A DNA stretch of 64,000 bases, from contig CALVOK010000011.1 in assembly GCA_944350275.1 (NCBI GenBank), positions 25,698 to 89,697 of the forward strand. The letters are read 5' to 3'. A program made the translations under genes and the position numbers. Shown here in pieces: positions 21,544 to 32,294 of this stretch (the first letter of the stretch is position 1; the number at the start of each line of letters is the position of its first letter). The notes under the pieces are model-generated. The model was not told where the DNA came from. It saw nothing but the letters and a program-made list of their open reading frames with translations, and ran no database searches. This DNA comes from an uncultured Clostridia bacterium (GTDB taxonomy: Bacteria > Bacillota > Clostridia > Christensenellales > UBA1242).

Positions 21544-21969
21544 ATGATTAAAATATGTTTCGTTTGTAGCGGGAACACCTGTCGTTCTATTATGGCAGAG
21601 AGATTGATGAAAAAAATGCTTAAAGATAGAAAAATTGAAGATATAAAAGTTTCATCAAGAGGATTAAATGCAACAGGTGAAAATATAACTAGTCATGCAA
21701 AACAAGTGCTTAAAGAATTTAAAGCCATAAGTTCTAATAGAAAGTCTATTAAACTAGGGAAAATTGATAGGAATACCTTATATATCACAATGACTAGCGA
21801 CCAAAAAAGTAAGATAAAATCTAAGAATGTTGTGTCTTTTAATGAACTTATTGGATTTGATATTGCTGACCCTTACGGACTAGATTTTCAAACTTACAAG
21901 AAAACTGCTAAAGAGTTAATACAAGGAATAAATGTATTGATTGAAAAATTAGAATTATGGAGACAGTAG
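21544..21969 (+). CDS. ywlE: Low-molecular-weight protein phosphatase (YwlE-like Tyr/Arg phosphatase)
   Basis: CX5R P-loop (ICFVCSGNTCRS) and DP motif (DIADPYG). Adjacent to rpiB, as in B. subtilis ywlE-ywlF. Confidence 0.8.
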   Translation: MIKICFVCSGNTCRSIMAERLMKKMLKDRKIEDIKVSSRGLNATGENITSHAKQVLKEFKAISSNRKSIKLGKIDRNTLYITMTSDQKSKIKSKNVVSFNELIGFDIADPYGLDFQTYKKTAKELIQGINVLIEKLELWRQ

Positions 21970-21979
21970 GAGATAGTTT

Positions 21980-22402
21980 ATGATTATTTTAGCAAGTGAC
22001 CACGCAGGTTTTTTACTTAAAGAAGAAATAAAAAAATTTTTTAATAAAGAAAATATAATAGTAATTGATGTAGGTTGCTATTCAAGAGAACAACCTGATG
22101 ATTATCCAGATTTTGCAAAAGCCGCTAATGCAAAGGTTAGCGAAGATCCCAAAAATGTAGGTATTTATATTTGTGGCACAGGAATAGGTATGAGCATAGT
22201 GGCAAATAGGAATCCTAAAATACGTGCCGCACTATGCATGAATGAAAATTATGCTTCTCTTGCTAGACGACACAACGATGCAAATGTGTTATGTCTTTCA
22301 GGGAGATATACCTCTGCTAAAAAGGCAATTAAGATTGTTAAAGTTTTTTTAACAACTGATTTTGAAGGTGGTAGACACGCACGACGAATAAAAAAATATT
22401 GA
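21980..22402 (+). CDS. rpiB: Ribose-5-phosphate isomerase B
   Basis: IILASDHAGF, YICGTGIGMSIVANR, RHNDANVLCL. Confidence 0.9.
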   Translation: MIILASDHAGFLLKEEIKKFFNKENIIVIDVGCYSREQPDDYPDFAKAANAKVSEDPKNVGIYICGTGIGMSIVANRNPKIRAALCMNENYASLARRHNDANVLCLSGRYTSAKKAIKIVKVFLTTDFEGGRHARRIKKY

Positions 22403-22403
22403 G

Positions 22404-24264
<1,861 letters not shown>

Positions 24265-24271
24265 GGTGAAT

Positions 24272-24607
24272 ATGGACGCAAATAAGGAAAATAGTCAAAA
24301 GGCAGAGAAAGATAAAGCGAAAGCAAGTAACAAGGGGAAAAATCACTTTAATTTTAATAGCATTCTATCACTCGTTGCCTTTATAGGTATTGGTTGTATA
24401 GCCATATCATTGCTTTTAACGTTGATTTTTGAGCGGGATAGCAACTTATCAAACACATTTAAAGCGGTGGGTCAGGTTATAGCATACATTTTATGTATTA
24501 TATTAGCATTTTCGTGGGTTAAATCAAGAGGGAAATCTATTCCTTGGATTGTATGCTATGTTGTATTTGTTGTAACTATTGTAGTACTTTTTATTTTGAC
24601 AATATAG
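24272..24607 (+). CDS. Small hypothetical membrane protein
   Basis: Lys-rich N-terminus followed by three hydrophobic helices; no family recognised. Confidence 0.4.
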   Translation: MDANKENSQKAEKDKAKASNKGKNHFNFNSILSLVAFIGIGCIAISLLLTLIFERDSNLSNTFKAVGQVIAYILCIILAFSWVKSRGKSIPWIVCYVVFVVTIVVLFILTI

Positions 24608-24613
24608 TAGTAT

Positions 24614-24985
24614 ATGAGAAATTTTTATGTATCTATAGTTTTATTAGTTTTAATAATTCTTTTTGCTTCTCTTCAAACTTTTTGGAGTGGGCTCGTTTAT
24701 TTTGCACTAAGTTTTCTAATTATACTATGCATATATTGGCTTATAGTATTAATAAATCAATATATAGTAGATTACTATAAAACGTTTGAAGATGACTTTA
24801 AAATATACTGTAATGAAACTATTAATTCTACTATGTTGTCTGCAAAGGATATAAACGACAACTTAAGTTACTATAGAAAAAAATATAAAAGGTCTCTTAT
24901 TAGAGATAAAATACTTGATATAACAAAAATTTTATTTATAATCTCCATTTTGGTAAGTTGCGTGGTGGGAATGACAATGGTCTAA
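24614..24985 (+). CDS. Small hypothetical membrane protein
   Basis: Hydrophobic helices at both ends; no family recognised. Confidence 0.4.
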   Translation: MRNFYVSIVLLVLIILFASLQTFWSGLVYFALSFLIILCIYWLIVLINQYIVDYYKTFEDDFKIYCNETINSTMLSAKDINDNLSYYRKKYKRSLIRDKILDITKILFIISILVSCVVGMTMV

Positions 24986-25097
24986 TTTCGCTATTATTCT
25001 TCAATCTATTTGTAAAAATTGATTGATTTTTAGTTGATTATTTTTTTATAATGTGTTATTATTTAAGGGCAAAGAAATTAAAACAAAGGAGTTTAAT

Positions 25098-26372
25098 ATG
25101 TACAAATTTGAGAAAAAAGACAAACGAGGAGTTGTAACTATTACCATTTCAAGTGAAGAATGGGAAAACGCTGTCGAAAAATCCTACGAGGAAAACAAAA
25201 GTAAATTTAATATTCAAGGCTTTAGGAAGGGCAAAGCACCAAGAAAGGTTATAGAGCAAAACTATGGTGATACAATATTCTTTGATGATGCGTTTGACCA
25301 TGTTGTAACAGTTGAATATAACAAATTTTTAAACGAGAATACAAATATTATTCCAGTTGAACAACCTCATGTTGTGGATAACAAATTTACAGCAGATAAG
25401 GGACTTGAAGTTGTTTTGGAGTTTGACCTTCTTCCAGAGTTTACATTACCATCATTTAAAGGACTAAAAGCAAAGAAAAAAGATGTAGAGGTTACTGATG
25501 AGCAGGTAGATGCAGAACTTGAAAATGAGAGACAGGCTCATGCTAGATACGTTGAAGAAGAAAAAATTGCCGAAAATGGAGATTATGCTACTATAGACTT
25601 TACCGGATATATTGATGATGTCAAATTTGAAAGTGGGGAGGCAAAAGATTATAGATTGGAACTCGGTTCTCATTCTTTTATTGATACATTTGAGGACCAA
25701 ATTGTTGGCATGAAAAAAGACGAAGAAAAAGACGTTAAAGTAACATTTCCAGAAAATTATCATGTAGATGAATTAAAAGGTAAACCTGCAATTTTTAAAG
25801 TTGTTCTTAAAAAAGTTGAGAAAAAGGAACTTCCTATAATTGATGATAAATACGTTTCAGATACTACCGAGTTTGAGACTTTGGATGAATACAAAAAATC
25901 AATTAAAGAAAATTTATTGAAAATGGAAGAGGACCGTGCAGAACGTGATTATGAGGTTGCTCTCCTTGATGAAATTGCCGAGTTAAGTCATATTGAGGTT
26001 CCTCAATCTATGGTAGAACATGAAGTTCACCATATGGTAGAAGATTTTGAGCATAGACTCTCTCATCAGGGTATGACTTTGCAGAACTATCTTGATTATA
26101 TTGGCAAGAGTCTTGATGAGTTTAAAGAAGATAGAAAATCTGACGCAGAGAAGAATATTAAGACAAGACTTGTTCTTCAAAAGATTATCTCTGAAAATAA
26201 TATAACTGCATCAAATGATGAACTTGATAAAAATATTGAGGAATATGCAATAAAATATAATATGACACTTGACGATTTCAAGAAAGCAATGTCGCCAAAT
26301 GACTATGCTTACTTTGAGAACAACGTTATTATGACAAAAGTTTTAGATTTAATTAAAGAACAAAGTAAATAA
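25098..26372 (+). CDS. tig: Trigger factor
   Basis: GFRKGKAPRKVIE ribosome-binding motif and FKBP-type PPIase region. Upstream of clpP-clpX. AAAGGAG RBS before the ATG at 25098. Confidence 0.92.
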   Translation: MYKFEKKDKRGVVTITISSEEWENAVEKSYEENKSKFNIQGFRKGKAPRKVIEQNYGDTIFFDDAFDHVVTVEYNKFLNENTNIIPVEQPHVVDNKFTADKGLEVVLEFDLLPEFTLPSFKGLKAKKKDVEVTDEQVDAELENERQAHARYVEEEKIAENGDYATIDFTGYIDDVKFESGEAKDYRLELGSHSFIDTFEDQIVGMKKDEEKDVKVTFPENYHVDELKGKPAIFKVVLKKVEKKELPIIDDKYVSDTTEFETLDEYKKSIKENLLKMEEDRAERDYEVALLDEIAELSHIEVPQSMVEHEVHHMVEDFEHRLSHQGMTLQNYLDYIGKSLDEFKEDRKSDAEKNIKTRLVLQKIISENNITASNDELDKNIEEYAIKYNMTLDDFKKAMSPNDYAYFENNVIMTKVLDLIKEQSK

Positions 26373-26410
26373 TTTTTTAATAAAAGGTATATAATAAAGG
26401 GGGATACATT

Positions 26411-27010
26411 ATGCTAATACCTATGGTTGTTGACCAAACAGGCAATAGTGAGAGGTCTTATGATATTTATTCTAGATTGCTGGAAGATAGAATTATCTTC
26501 TTGAATGGAGAGGTTGATGACAATGTTGCTAATATTGTTGTTGCTCAACTTATTTATCTTGAAGGGAAAAATCCAAATAAAGATATATTCATATATATAA
26601 ATAGTCCAGGAGGAAGTGTTTCTGCAGGACTTGCAATATATGATACCATGAAATATATTAAGTGTGATGTGTCAACAATATGCGTTGGCAGGGCAGCATC
26701 AATGGGTGCTTTCTTGCTAGCAGGAGGGACTAAAGGTAAAAGGTTTGCTCTTCCTAATAGTGAGATTATGATACATCAACCACTTGGTGGTGCACAAGGT
26801 CAAGTCAGCGATATTCAAATACAAGCCAATCATATTCAATATATTAAAGAACGTATGAATAGTATGCTTAGCGAAAACACAGGAAAACCACTAGAAATAG
26901 TTGAAAAAGACACAGATAGAGATAACTATATGACAGCACAGGAGGCAAAAGACTACGGAATAATTGACGAAATTTTCGTATCTAGAAAGAAAGATAAGAA
27001 GGAGGCTTAA
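26411..27010 (+). CDS. clpP: ATP-dependent Clp protease proteolytic subunit
   Basis: Catalytic-residue contexts [11 protein letters not shown] (Ser), MIHQPLGG (His) and DTDRDNYM (Asp). Confidence 0.96.
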   Translation: MLIPMVVDQTGNSERSYDIYSRLLEDRIIFLNGEVDDNVANIVVAQLIYLEGKNPNKDIFIYINSPGGSVSAGLAIYDTMKYIKCDVSTICVGRAASMGAFLLAGGTKGKRFALPNSEIMIHQPLGGAQGQVSDIQIQANHIQYIKERMNSMLSENTGKPLEIVEKDTDRDNYMTAQEAKDYGIIDEIFVSRKKDKKEA

Positions 27011-28269
27011 TGTCTGATTTAGAATGTAAATGTAGTTTTTGTGGAAAGAGCCAAAAGGACGCAAAAAAGTTAGTCGCAAGTCCTAATGGAGATGCTTTTA
27101 TTTGTGATGAATGTATTGAAATATGTAAAGATATTGTTACTGACGTCGTTCAGAAGCAGAGTTTTGAAAAGATTGAGTTGCCAACACCTAGTGAAATCAA
27201 GGAAAAACTTGATGAGTATATTGTTGGGCAAGATGAAGTAAAGAAGGTTTTAGCAGTCGCAGTTTACAATCATTATAAGAGATTAAATTATAATTTAACT
27301 AAAAATGAAAATGATAAAAGTGATGTTGAACTTGAAAAAAGTAACATTTTAATGGTAGGTCCTACAGGCTCTGGGAAAACTCTTCTTGCAAAAACACTTG
27401 CTAAGGTTTTGAAAGTACCTTTTGCATCTGCGGATGCAACTACACTGACAGAGGCAGGGTATGTAGGCGATGATGTTGAAAATATTCTTTTAAAGTTAAT
27501 ACAAAATGCTGATTATGACATTGAAAAGGCTCAAAGAGGTATTATTTATATTGATGAAATAGATAAAATTGCAAGAAAAACTCAAAATGTTTCTATCACG
27601 CGTGACGTCGCTGGGGAAGGTGTTCAACAGGCACTCTTAAAAATACTTGAAAGCACAATTGCCTCAGTTCCACCACAGGGGGGACGAAAACATCCACATC
27701 AGGAAATGTTACAGATAGACACAACGAATATATTGTTTATTTGTGGTGGAGCATTTGTAGGACTTGATAAAATTATTGAGGCAAGAGAGAACGATACTAC
27801 ACTTGGCTTCAATGCTGACATAATAACACAAGAGGAAAAAGAAAAGAAAAATTATATTAAAGATATACAGCCAAATGACCTTATTAAATTTGGTCTTATT
27901 CCAGAATTTGTCGGAAGACTTCCTGTTGTAGTTGGTCTTGATGAACTTGATGAAAATGCGCTAGTAAAAATATTGACTGAACCTAAAAATTCAATAATTA
28001 AACAATATGATTTGATGTTTAAGATTGATGGAATAAATATTGAATTTTCAGAAAATGCAATTAAGGCAATTGCTAAAAAGGCTATGGAATTGAAAACAGG
28101 GGCGAGGGGACTTCGTACAATCATCGAAAGTAAAATGAATAAATTAATGTATGAGGCACCAAGTTATAAGGATATTGATAAAATTATTGTAACTGACAAA
28201 TTTATAGAACTCGACAATGGTCAACCTGAAATTATAAGAAAGAGTGCAGATAATAAGGCGGTTTGTTAA
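27010..28269 (+). CDS. clpX: ATP-dependent Clp protease ATP-binding subunit ClpX
   Basis: N-terminal zinc ribbon (CSFCGK...CDECIEIC), Walker A GPTGSGKT, Walker [10 protein letters not shown]. Confidence 0.96.
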   Translation: MSDLECKCSFCGKSQKDAKKLVASPNGDAFICDECIEICKDIVTDVVQKQSFEKIELPTPSEIKEKLDEYIVGQDEVKKVLAVAVYNHYKRLNYNLTKNENDKSDVELEKSNILMVGPTGSGKTLLAKTLAKVLKVPFASADATTLTEAGYVGDDVENILLKLIQNADYDIEKAQRGIIYIDEIDKIARKTQNVSITRDVAGEGVQQALLKILESTIASVPPQGGRKHPHQEMLQIDTTNILFICGGAFVGLDKIIEARENDTTLGFNADIITQEEKEKKNYIKDIQPNDLIKFGLIPEFVGRLPVVVGLDELDENALVKILTEPKNSIIKQYDLMFKIDGINIEFSENAIKAIAKKAMELKTGARGLRTIIESKMNKLMYEAPSYKDIDKIIVTDKFIELDNGQPEIIRKSADNKAVC

Positions 28270-28333
28270 TTTTTGAAATTAAGTATGTAGGTGACTTTTA
28301 CACAAATAAAATTTAATAAAATAGGTCAAATAA

Positions 28334-28365
28334 GGTCCAAAGCGAAAATCTTTGGACTTTTGTAT
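28334..28365 (+). terminator. Intrinsic terminator after clpX
   Basis: GGTCCAAAG-cgaaaat-CTTTGGAC followed by TTTTGTATT. Confidence 0.7.
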
Positions 28366-28458
28366 TATGTATATAAAATTTAAATATTTTATTAGCGTAT
28401 TGATTAAGTTAATAACAAACTGTTAAAGCAATGCATATATAAACATGGGAGGGTAGCA

Positions 28459-28740
28459 ATGCGTAGAATGTTTAATATTTTTGATAATAACAATAAACCT
28501 GACACTTTTGTTACAATACAGAACACAAGAGAAGATATAATAGGGGAACTTGATGCGATTATTCAGTATGACAATCACCTTGGGCAGACAAATGACCAGA
28601 GAGCAAGACAAACAATTTCAGATATCATGAGGGAAGAAAAACTGCATGTTGGGCAACTTTTTGGTCTGCTATTTTCGCTTGACCCTGAAAGTAAAGAACA
28701 ATTTGAAAAAGGCCTTAAAGAGTTCGAGGGGTTATCATAA
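28459..28740 (+). CDS. EncFtn-like (encapsulated-ferritin family) mini-ferritin
   Basis: GELDAIIQYDNH and REEKLHVGQL align with the ELEAVDWYDQR and DEEKEHAAM (E...ExxH) di-iron motifs of EncFtn as I recall them. GGGAGG RBS. Confidence 0.6.
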   Translation: MRRMFNIFDNNNKPDTFVTIQNTREDIIGELDAIIQYDNHLGQTNDQRARQTISDIMREEKLHVGQLFGLLFSLDPESKEQFEKGLKEFEGLS

Positions 28741-28933
28741 TTTATAAAATCCAATGAATGTATAAATTTTAAAGCAGCCTATATTGATTTTACAAAGGAT
28801 GCTTTAAAAATTTTGTTAATATACTTATGCAAAGTATAATACAATATATATTATCTTGTTTAATATACAACATACTAGATATACTACACTAGACCTTTTT
28901 GATACATTGACAAAATTTATCTAAAACGTAAAG

Positions 28934-28960
28934 ACTTTATCTCATGATAAAGTTTTTCTT
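28934..28960 (+). terminator. Intrinsic terminator-like hairpin in the EncFtn-tRNA spacer
   Basis: ACTTTATC-tcat-GATAAAGT followed by TTTTCTT. Confidence 0.45.
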
Positions 28961-29144
28961 ATTATCAAATAAAGTTGATTGTTGTTTTGAGTTTAAATAG
29001 ATAATGTCAAATGGGGCAAATTTTCATTTAGATTATTCATATAAAAAATAAATATTAAAGTTAAACAGTGTTTTGCTAAGAGATGTAAAGTACATTAAAA
29101 CATAAAATATTACCCAAGAAAAATAATAATTATTAAAAAATTAC

Positions 29145-29173
29145 TTGACAAATGGCTTATGAATTTATATAAT
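29145..29173 (+). promoter_or_regulatory. Sigma-A promoter of tRNA-Leu
   Basis: TTGACA (29145-29150), N17, TATAAT (29168-29173), about 21 nt before the tRNA 5' end. Confidence 0.7.
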
Positions 29174-29194
29174 AATAAGGTATGATAAAAGGAT

Positions 29195-29276
29195 GCGGGC
29201 GTGGCGGAATGGCAGACGCGCTTGTTTAAGGGGCAAGTGGGAAACCGTGTGGGTTCGACTCCCACCGCCCGCACCA
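29195..29276 (+). tRNA. tRNA-Leu (type II, long variable arm), anticodon reads AAG, encoded CCA
   Basis: Acceptor stem GCGGGCG/CGCCCGC and D arm GCG-GAATGGCAGA-CGC. Anticodon stem CTTGT/GCAAG with loop TTAAGGG (anticodon at 29228-29230). Variable arm TGGGAAACCGTG and T arm GTGGG-TTCGACT-CCCAC. Confidence 0.9.
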
Positions 29277-29280
29277 GAGC

Positions 29281-29305
29281 AAAAATCTCGAAAGAGATTT
29301 TTTTT
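29281..29305 (+). terminator. Intrinsic terminator after tRNA-Leu
   Basis: AAATCTC-gaaa-GAGATTT followed by a T-run. Confidence 0.75.
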
Positions 29306-29317
29306 GATTAAGTATAA

Positions 29318-29398
29318 GTGGGAGTCGAACCCAAGGGTTCACAAGGGTTCCCTGAAAATCGTAAGATTTTTAGGGTAAGGCTCCCACCGCCCGCACCA
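29318..29398 (+). repeat. Inverted T-arm fragment (29318-29333) plus 64-nt repeat copy B (29335-29398), which ends in an exact duplicate of the tRNA-Leu 3' end
   Basis: GTGGGAGTCGAACCCA is the reverse complement of the tRNA T arm. CTCCCACCGCCCGCACCA (29381-29398) is identical to 29259-29276. There is an internal 11-bp hairpin CCCTGAAAATC-gtaa-GATTTTTAGGG. Confidence 0.85.
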
Positions 29399-29550
29399 AA
29401 CAAAAATAATCCGAGATTTTTATTCGAGGGTTATTTTTTTGTACTTTTATTTCTTATTTTTTCACTATTCGCTCTTCTTTCCTCGGATTATATTTGAAAT
29501 AAGAAAGAAAAAAGAGAAATGAAAAGTTGAGAATAAGGACAATTTTCACT

Positions 29551-29621
29551 GGGTTTACAAGGGTACCCTGAAAATCGTAAGATTTTTAGGGTAAGGTTCC
29601 CACCGTCCGCACCAGAGCAAA
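29551..29621 (+). repeat. 64-nt repeat copy C, ending in a diverged tRNA-Leu 3' end plus the flank GAGCAAA
   Basis: GGGTTTACAAGGGTACCCTGAAAATCGTAAGATTTTTAGGGTAAGGTTCCCACCGTCCGCACCA, compared with copy B. The following GAGCAAA matches the sequence after the genuine tRNA. Confidence 0.85.
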
Positions 29622-29796
29622 TTGTTGTTTGACCAGACACTGAACTTGAAGAAATTGATAATCTTCTTCTTTTAAAAGGTTATATAAAAAAGTAGAAAAG
29701 TTGTATTGTTTGTCAAATACTTCTTGACTTTTATGTGAATATTTGATAGTATTAATTAAAGCAATTGTTGGTTCGCATAATTCTTAGGAGGGGTTT

Positions 29797-30603
29797 ATGA
29801 AAATAATTGGAATGAATACAACTGTGAATGATTTTGATGAGAATAATGTTACTGTTGATACTTTGATTGAAAATCTTAAAACAAATTTGAGAAATTATAA
29901 TATTGATGAAAGGTATTTTAAATTAGTAGTAGACCTTTATAATAAAATTTTTACTTCAACACCAGAGAAAATGCCAGAGGAAATAATCAAAGAGGGGACT
30001 TTGTTTCATTTTACTCCGGTATATAATAAGGCAAGTGGAGAAATTTTATATGATAAAGTAGAAAGCATTGCCAATAACGGTCTACTTTCTTTGGATATGT
30101 TGACACATCTTTCAGATGGAACAGATCCTGCTTATGTTTCTTTTCATTCTGTTTTAAAAGGTGAGAAAACATTAAAGGATGTTATGTCTCGTATTTCTAG
30201 TGATGACAGAAAAGAGGATATTGGTTATCAAAGTTTAATTATATTTATAAATACAGACACTCCTGCAATTCAGGAGTTATTGAAACTAGGTAGAGTTGGA
30301 ATTGATGACTACAATGATACTAGGCTAGAAGATATGATTAATCTAAAATTCGCTGATTGGGAAATTATAAAGAAAATGTTTGTGCTTGACAATACTTGGT
30401 GTCCAGATGCCGCCAGTTCGTCTGGTGTATGTTATCTTCCTATTGGTGTGCCTTCAAGTTATATTAGTGCGGTTGTTATTCCAAAAAGCATTCAGAAAGA
30501 TGAAAAATTGCTATCTATTTTAAAAAAGGGTTTCATAAATGCAAAACTCTTAGATGACGACGGCAACGAAATACAGGAAGAGCAAGAGACAGAACGGGAA
30601 TAG
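29797..30603 (+). CDS. Hypothetical protein (speculative H-Y-E-type ADP-ribosyltransferase-like fold)
   Basis: Strong RBS (AGGAGGGG). Motifs LFHFTP...SIANNGLLS, AYVSFH, and a C-terminal VP..YI..VVIP strand pattern. No confident family assignment. Confidence 0.5.
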   Translation: MKIIGMNTTVNDFDENNVTVDTLIENLKTNLRNYNIDERYFKLVVDLYNKIFTSTPEKMPEEIIKEGTLFHFTPVYNKASGEILYDKVESIANNGLLSLDMLTHLSDGTDPAYVSFHSVLKGEKTLKDVMSRISSDDRKEDIGYQSLIIFINTDTPAIQELLKLGRVGIDDYNDTRLEDMINLKFADWEIIKKMFVLDNTWCPDAASSSGVCYLPIGVPSSYISAVVIPKSIQKDEKLLSILKKGFINAKLLDDDGNEIQEEQETERE

Positions 30604-30699
30604 GTGTTATGTTTTGCTATATTTAGAAAAACATGAAAATTTTTTTAGAGAAACAAGATTATTTTTTATTGATTAATAACTATTAAAGGGAGTGCAACT

Positions 30700-31161
30700 T
30701 TGAATCAAGAAGATAATAGAAAAGTTGTTATAAGATTCACAGAAGAAAGTGATTTAAAACAGTTGCCGTGGCTTTATAGACGATACCATAACGGAGATAC
30801 TCACTTAGAAACCAATATCGATGGTATGTATAAAAAATTTAGCGAACTAAAACAAAATGACAATTATAGATTCGTTTCGGCGGTAGACGGAGACAAACCT
30901 GTAGGTTTTTGCTCGGTTGTGATAAATCAAGATATTGTAGAGAGATAAAAACCTATTATAATGCTTTGGAATTTGAGGATGCATCCTGAGTATAGAGGGC
31001 AAGGTATAGGTAGTCTAATTATGAAATTTATAGAAGACTTTGGGAAAGAAAAAGGAGTTGATTTTATATTTTTAGGCTGTGATGCAGACAACCAAAGTGC
31101 AAGAAAATTTTACAAGAAACTTGGCTATGGCGAAGATTATGGATTTTATAAGAATTTGTAA
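30700..31161 (+). pseudogene. GNAT family N-acetyltransferase interrupted by one in-frame TAA (30946-30948)
   Basis: The two track ORFs (30700-30948 and 30961-31161) share a frame. Read-through gives ...VINQDIVER*KPIIMLWNLRMHPEYRGQGIGSLIM..., a contiguous GNAT acetyl-CoA motif. Confidence 0.75.
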
Positions 31162-31292
31162 TAATAGAATATAAAAATAAAATGATTAGAAAATTATTAA
31201 AGATTTACAATTATAATTAGGTAAAAGAGTTGGGCTTTATTAGTTGCCAGTACTGTTACGGCAAACATAGAGAAATTCGCGATTTTTTAATT

Positions 31293-32294
31293 TTAGTATG
31301 TAAATTCTTGTTCCATTTGGTTTACATAATCTTTATCTGTTTCAATAATTGTGTCATATATTTTGCTGATATTGCTTCCAATAGTGGTTATTGTCCCATC
31401 AACATTAATTGGTTCTTGCAATCTATTTATATTTTTGTTTATCCATTCTCTTTTTTCTTTCAAAAGTTGAGCATGGGTCTTTTTTGTCCCATCTTCATTA
31501 TACACAAGCTTTAACAATGGAAATCGTTTCACCAAATTCCAGCCATTCGTACACATTTGGGCATCGACTAACTCTGACACTCGAAATGCAAACGGCTCAA
31601 CTTCTCCTTCTAAAATCGGGTTGGTACTTATAAGACCGATATGTTTATTAAAATAACAATCATTATATTTTTTCTCTTGCTTTTCGCTTACGACAAGTTC
31701 TCTTTCTGTCTTTTTTGAAAATTCTGAATTTGGCACGCACTCAGCCATAAACTCAGCTATTTTTTTGTAACTTGTTCTAATCGCTTCACGCTCTATTAAA
31801 AACGAATCATGATTAGCCCGATAAAACCTTGGTTCACATGAAACCAACATGCTTTCTTTTGTATAAATAATTGCTTTTGGAGATAATTTACAAACATCAG
31901 ATTATCTGCATATTGCTTCTTGTTCAGCATGACGAACTTCATGAAACACGCAACGAATTATATCATTTATTCTTGAGTTTCTTTGAGAAATACTTCCTTT
32001 GTAATAAGGTCCTATCTTAAAACCAGCATAATCAGCACTAAGGGCATTTTCATTTATTCCCAGTGATAGAGTGCCGTCTTGGTTATGAAGCATTGCAAAA
32101 CGAACTTTCTCATCTTCGTCATTTAAAGGCAAAATGTCTCCAATAGGGAGTTTGAATGAACTGTTATTTACAGTTTCAAAGAAGAGTGTCTCTACCATCG
32201 GAACAATTTTTTTCTGAACAAAGTTAGTTCCTTCGCAATCTGGAGAGGATATAATACTAACAAAAAATTTTTTTAATTTTTCATCTATTTTCAT
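31293..32294 (-). pseudogene. HExxH (HEVRH) putative metallopeptidase-like protein interrupted by one in-frame TAA (31902-31904)
   Basis: ORFs 31902-32294 and 31293-31850 share a frame (the offset of 444 nt is a multiple of 3). Read-through gives ...HEVRHAEQEAICR*SDVCKLSPKAIIYTKESMLVS... Confidence 0.6.

Noticed and set aside
24544-24780. 78-aa ORF overlapping the two small membrane-protein genes
   Set aside because: It is out of frame with both better-supported ORFs, lacks an RBS, and its translation is Cys/Phe-rich noise.
28813-28960. Possible small RNA between the EncFtn gene and tRNA-Leu (TTGTTA-N16-TATAAT at 28813-28840, with a terminator-like hairpin at 28934-28960)
   Set aside because: The promoter is only moderate. 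The hairpin could simply be the distal terminator of the EncFtn transcript. No conserved structure is recognisable without comparative data.
29193-29378. 61-aa ORF (MRAWRNGRRACLRG...) from the ORF track
   Set aside because: It is translated straight through the tRNA-Leu gene, its terminator and the tRNA-derived repeat. It has no RBS and is an artefact of GC-richer RNA sequence.
29335-29398. Possibility that the tRNA-end repeats are a suppressor tRNA that reads the in-frame TAA codons nearby
   Set aside because: No cloverleaf can be drawn on either strand. The only strong helix is an 11-bp stem with a 4-nt loop (GTAA/TTAC). There is no 7-nt anticodon loop, no 5' acceptor strand and no D arm.
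30946-31904. Genome-wide stop-codon reassignment (TAA as sense) as the explanation for the in-frame stops
   Set aside because: About 60 well-conserved core genes in the window have normal lengths, and I noticed no in-frame TAA, TAG or TGA in their conserved regions. The anomalies are confined to a few accessory genes and coexist with frameshifts, which fits pseudogenisation.
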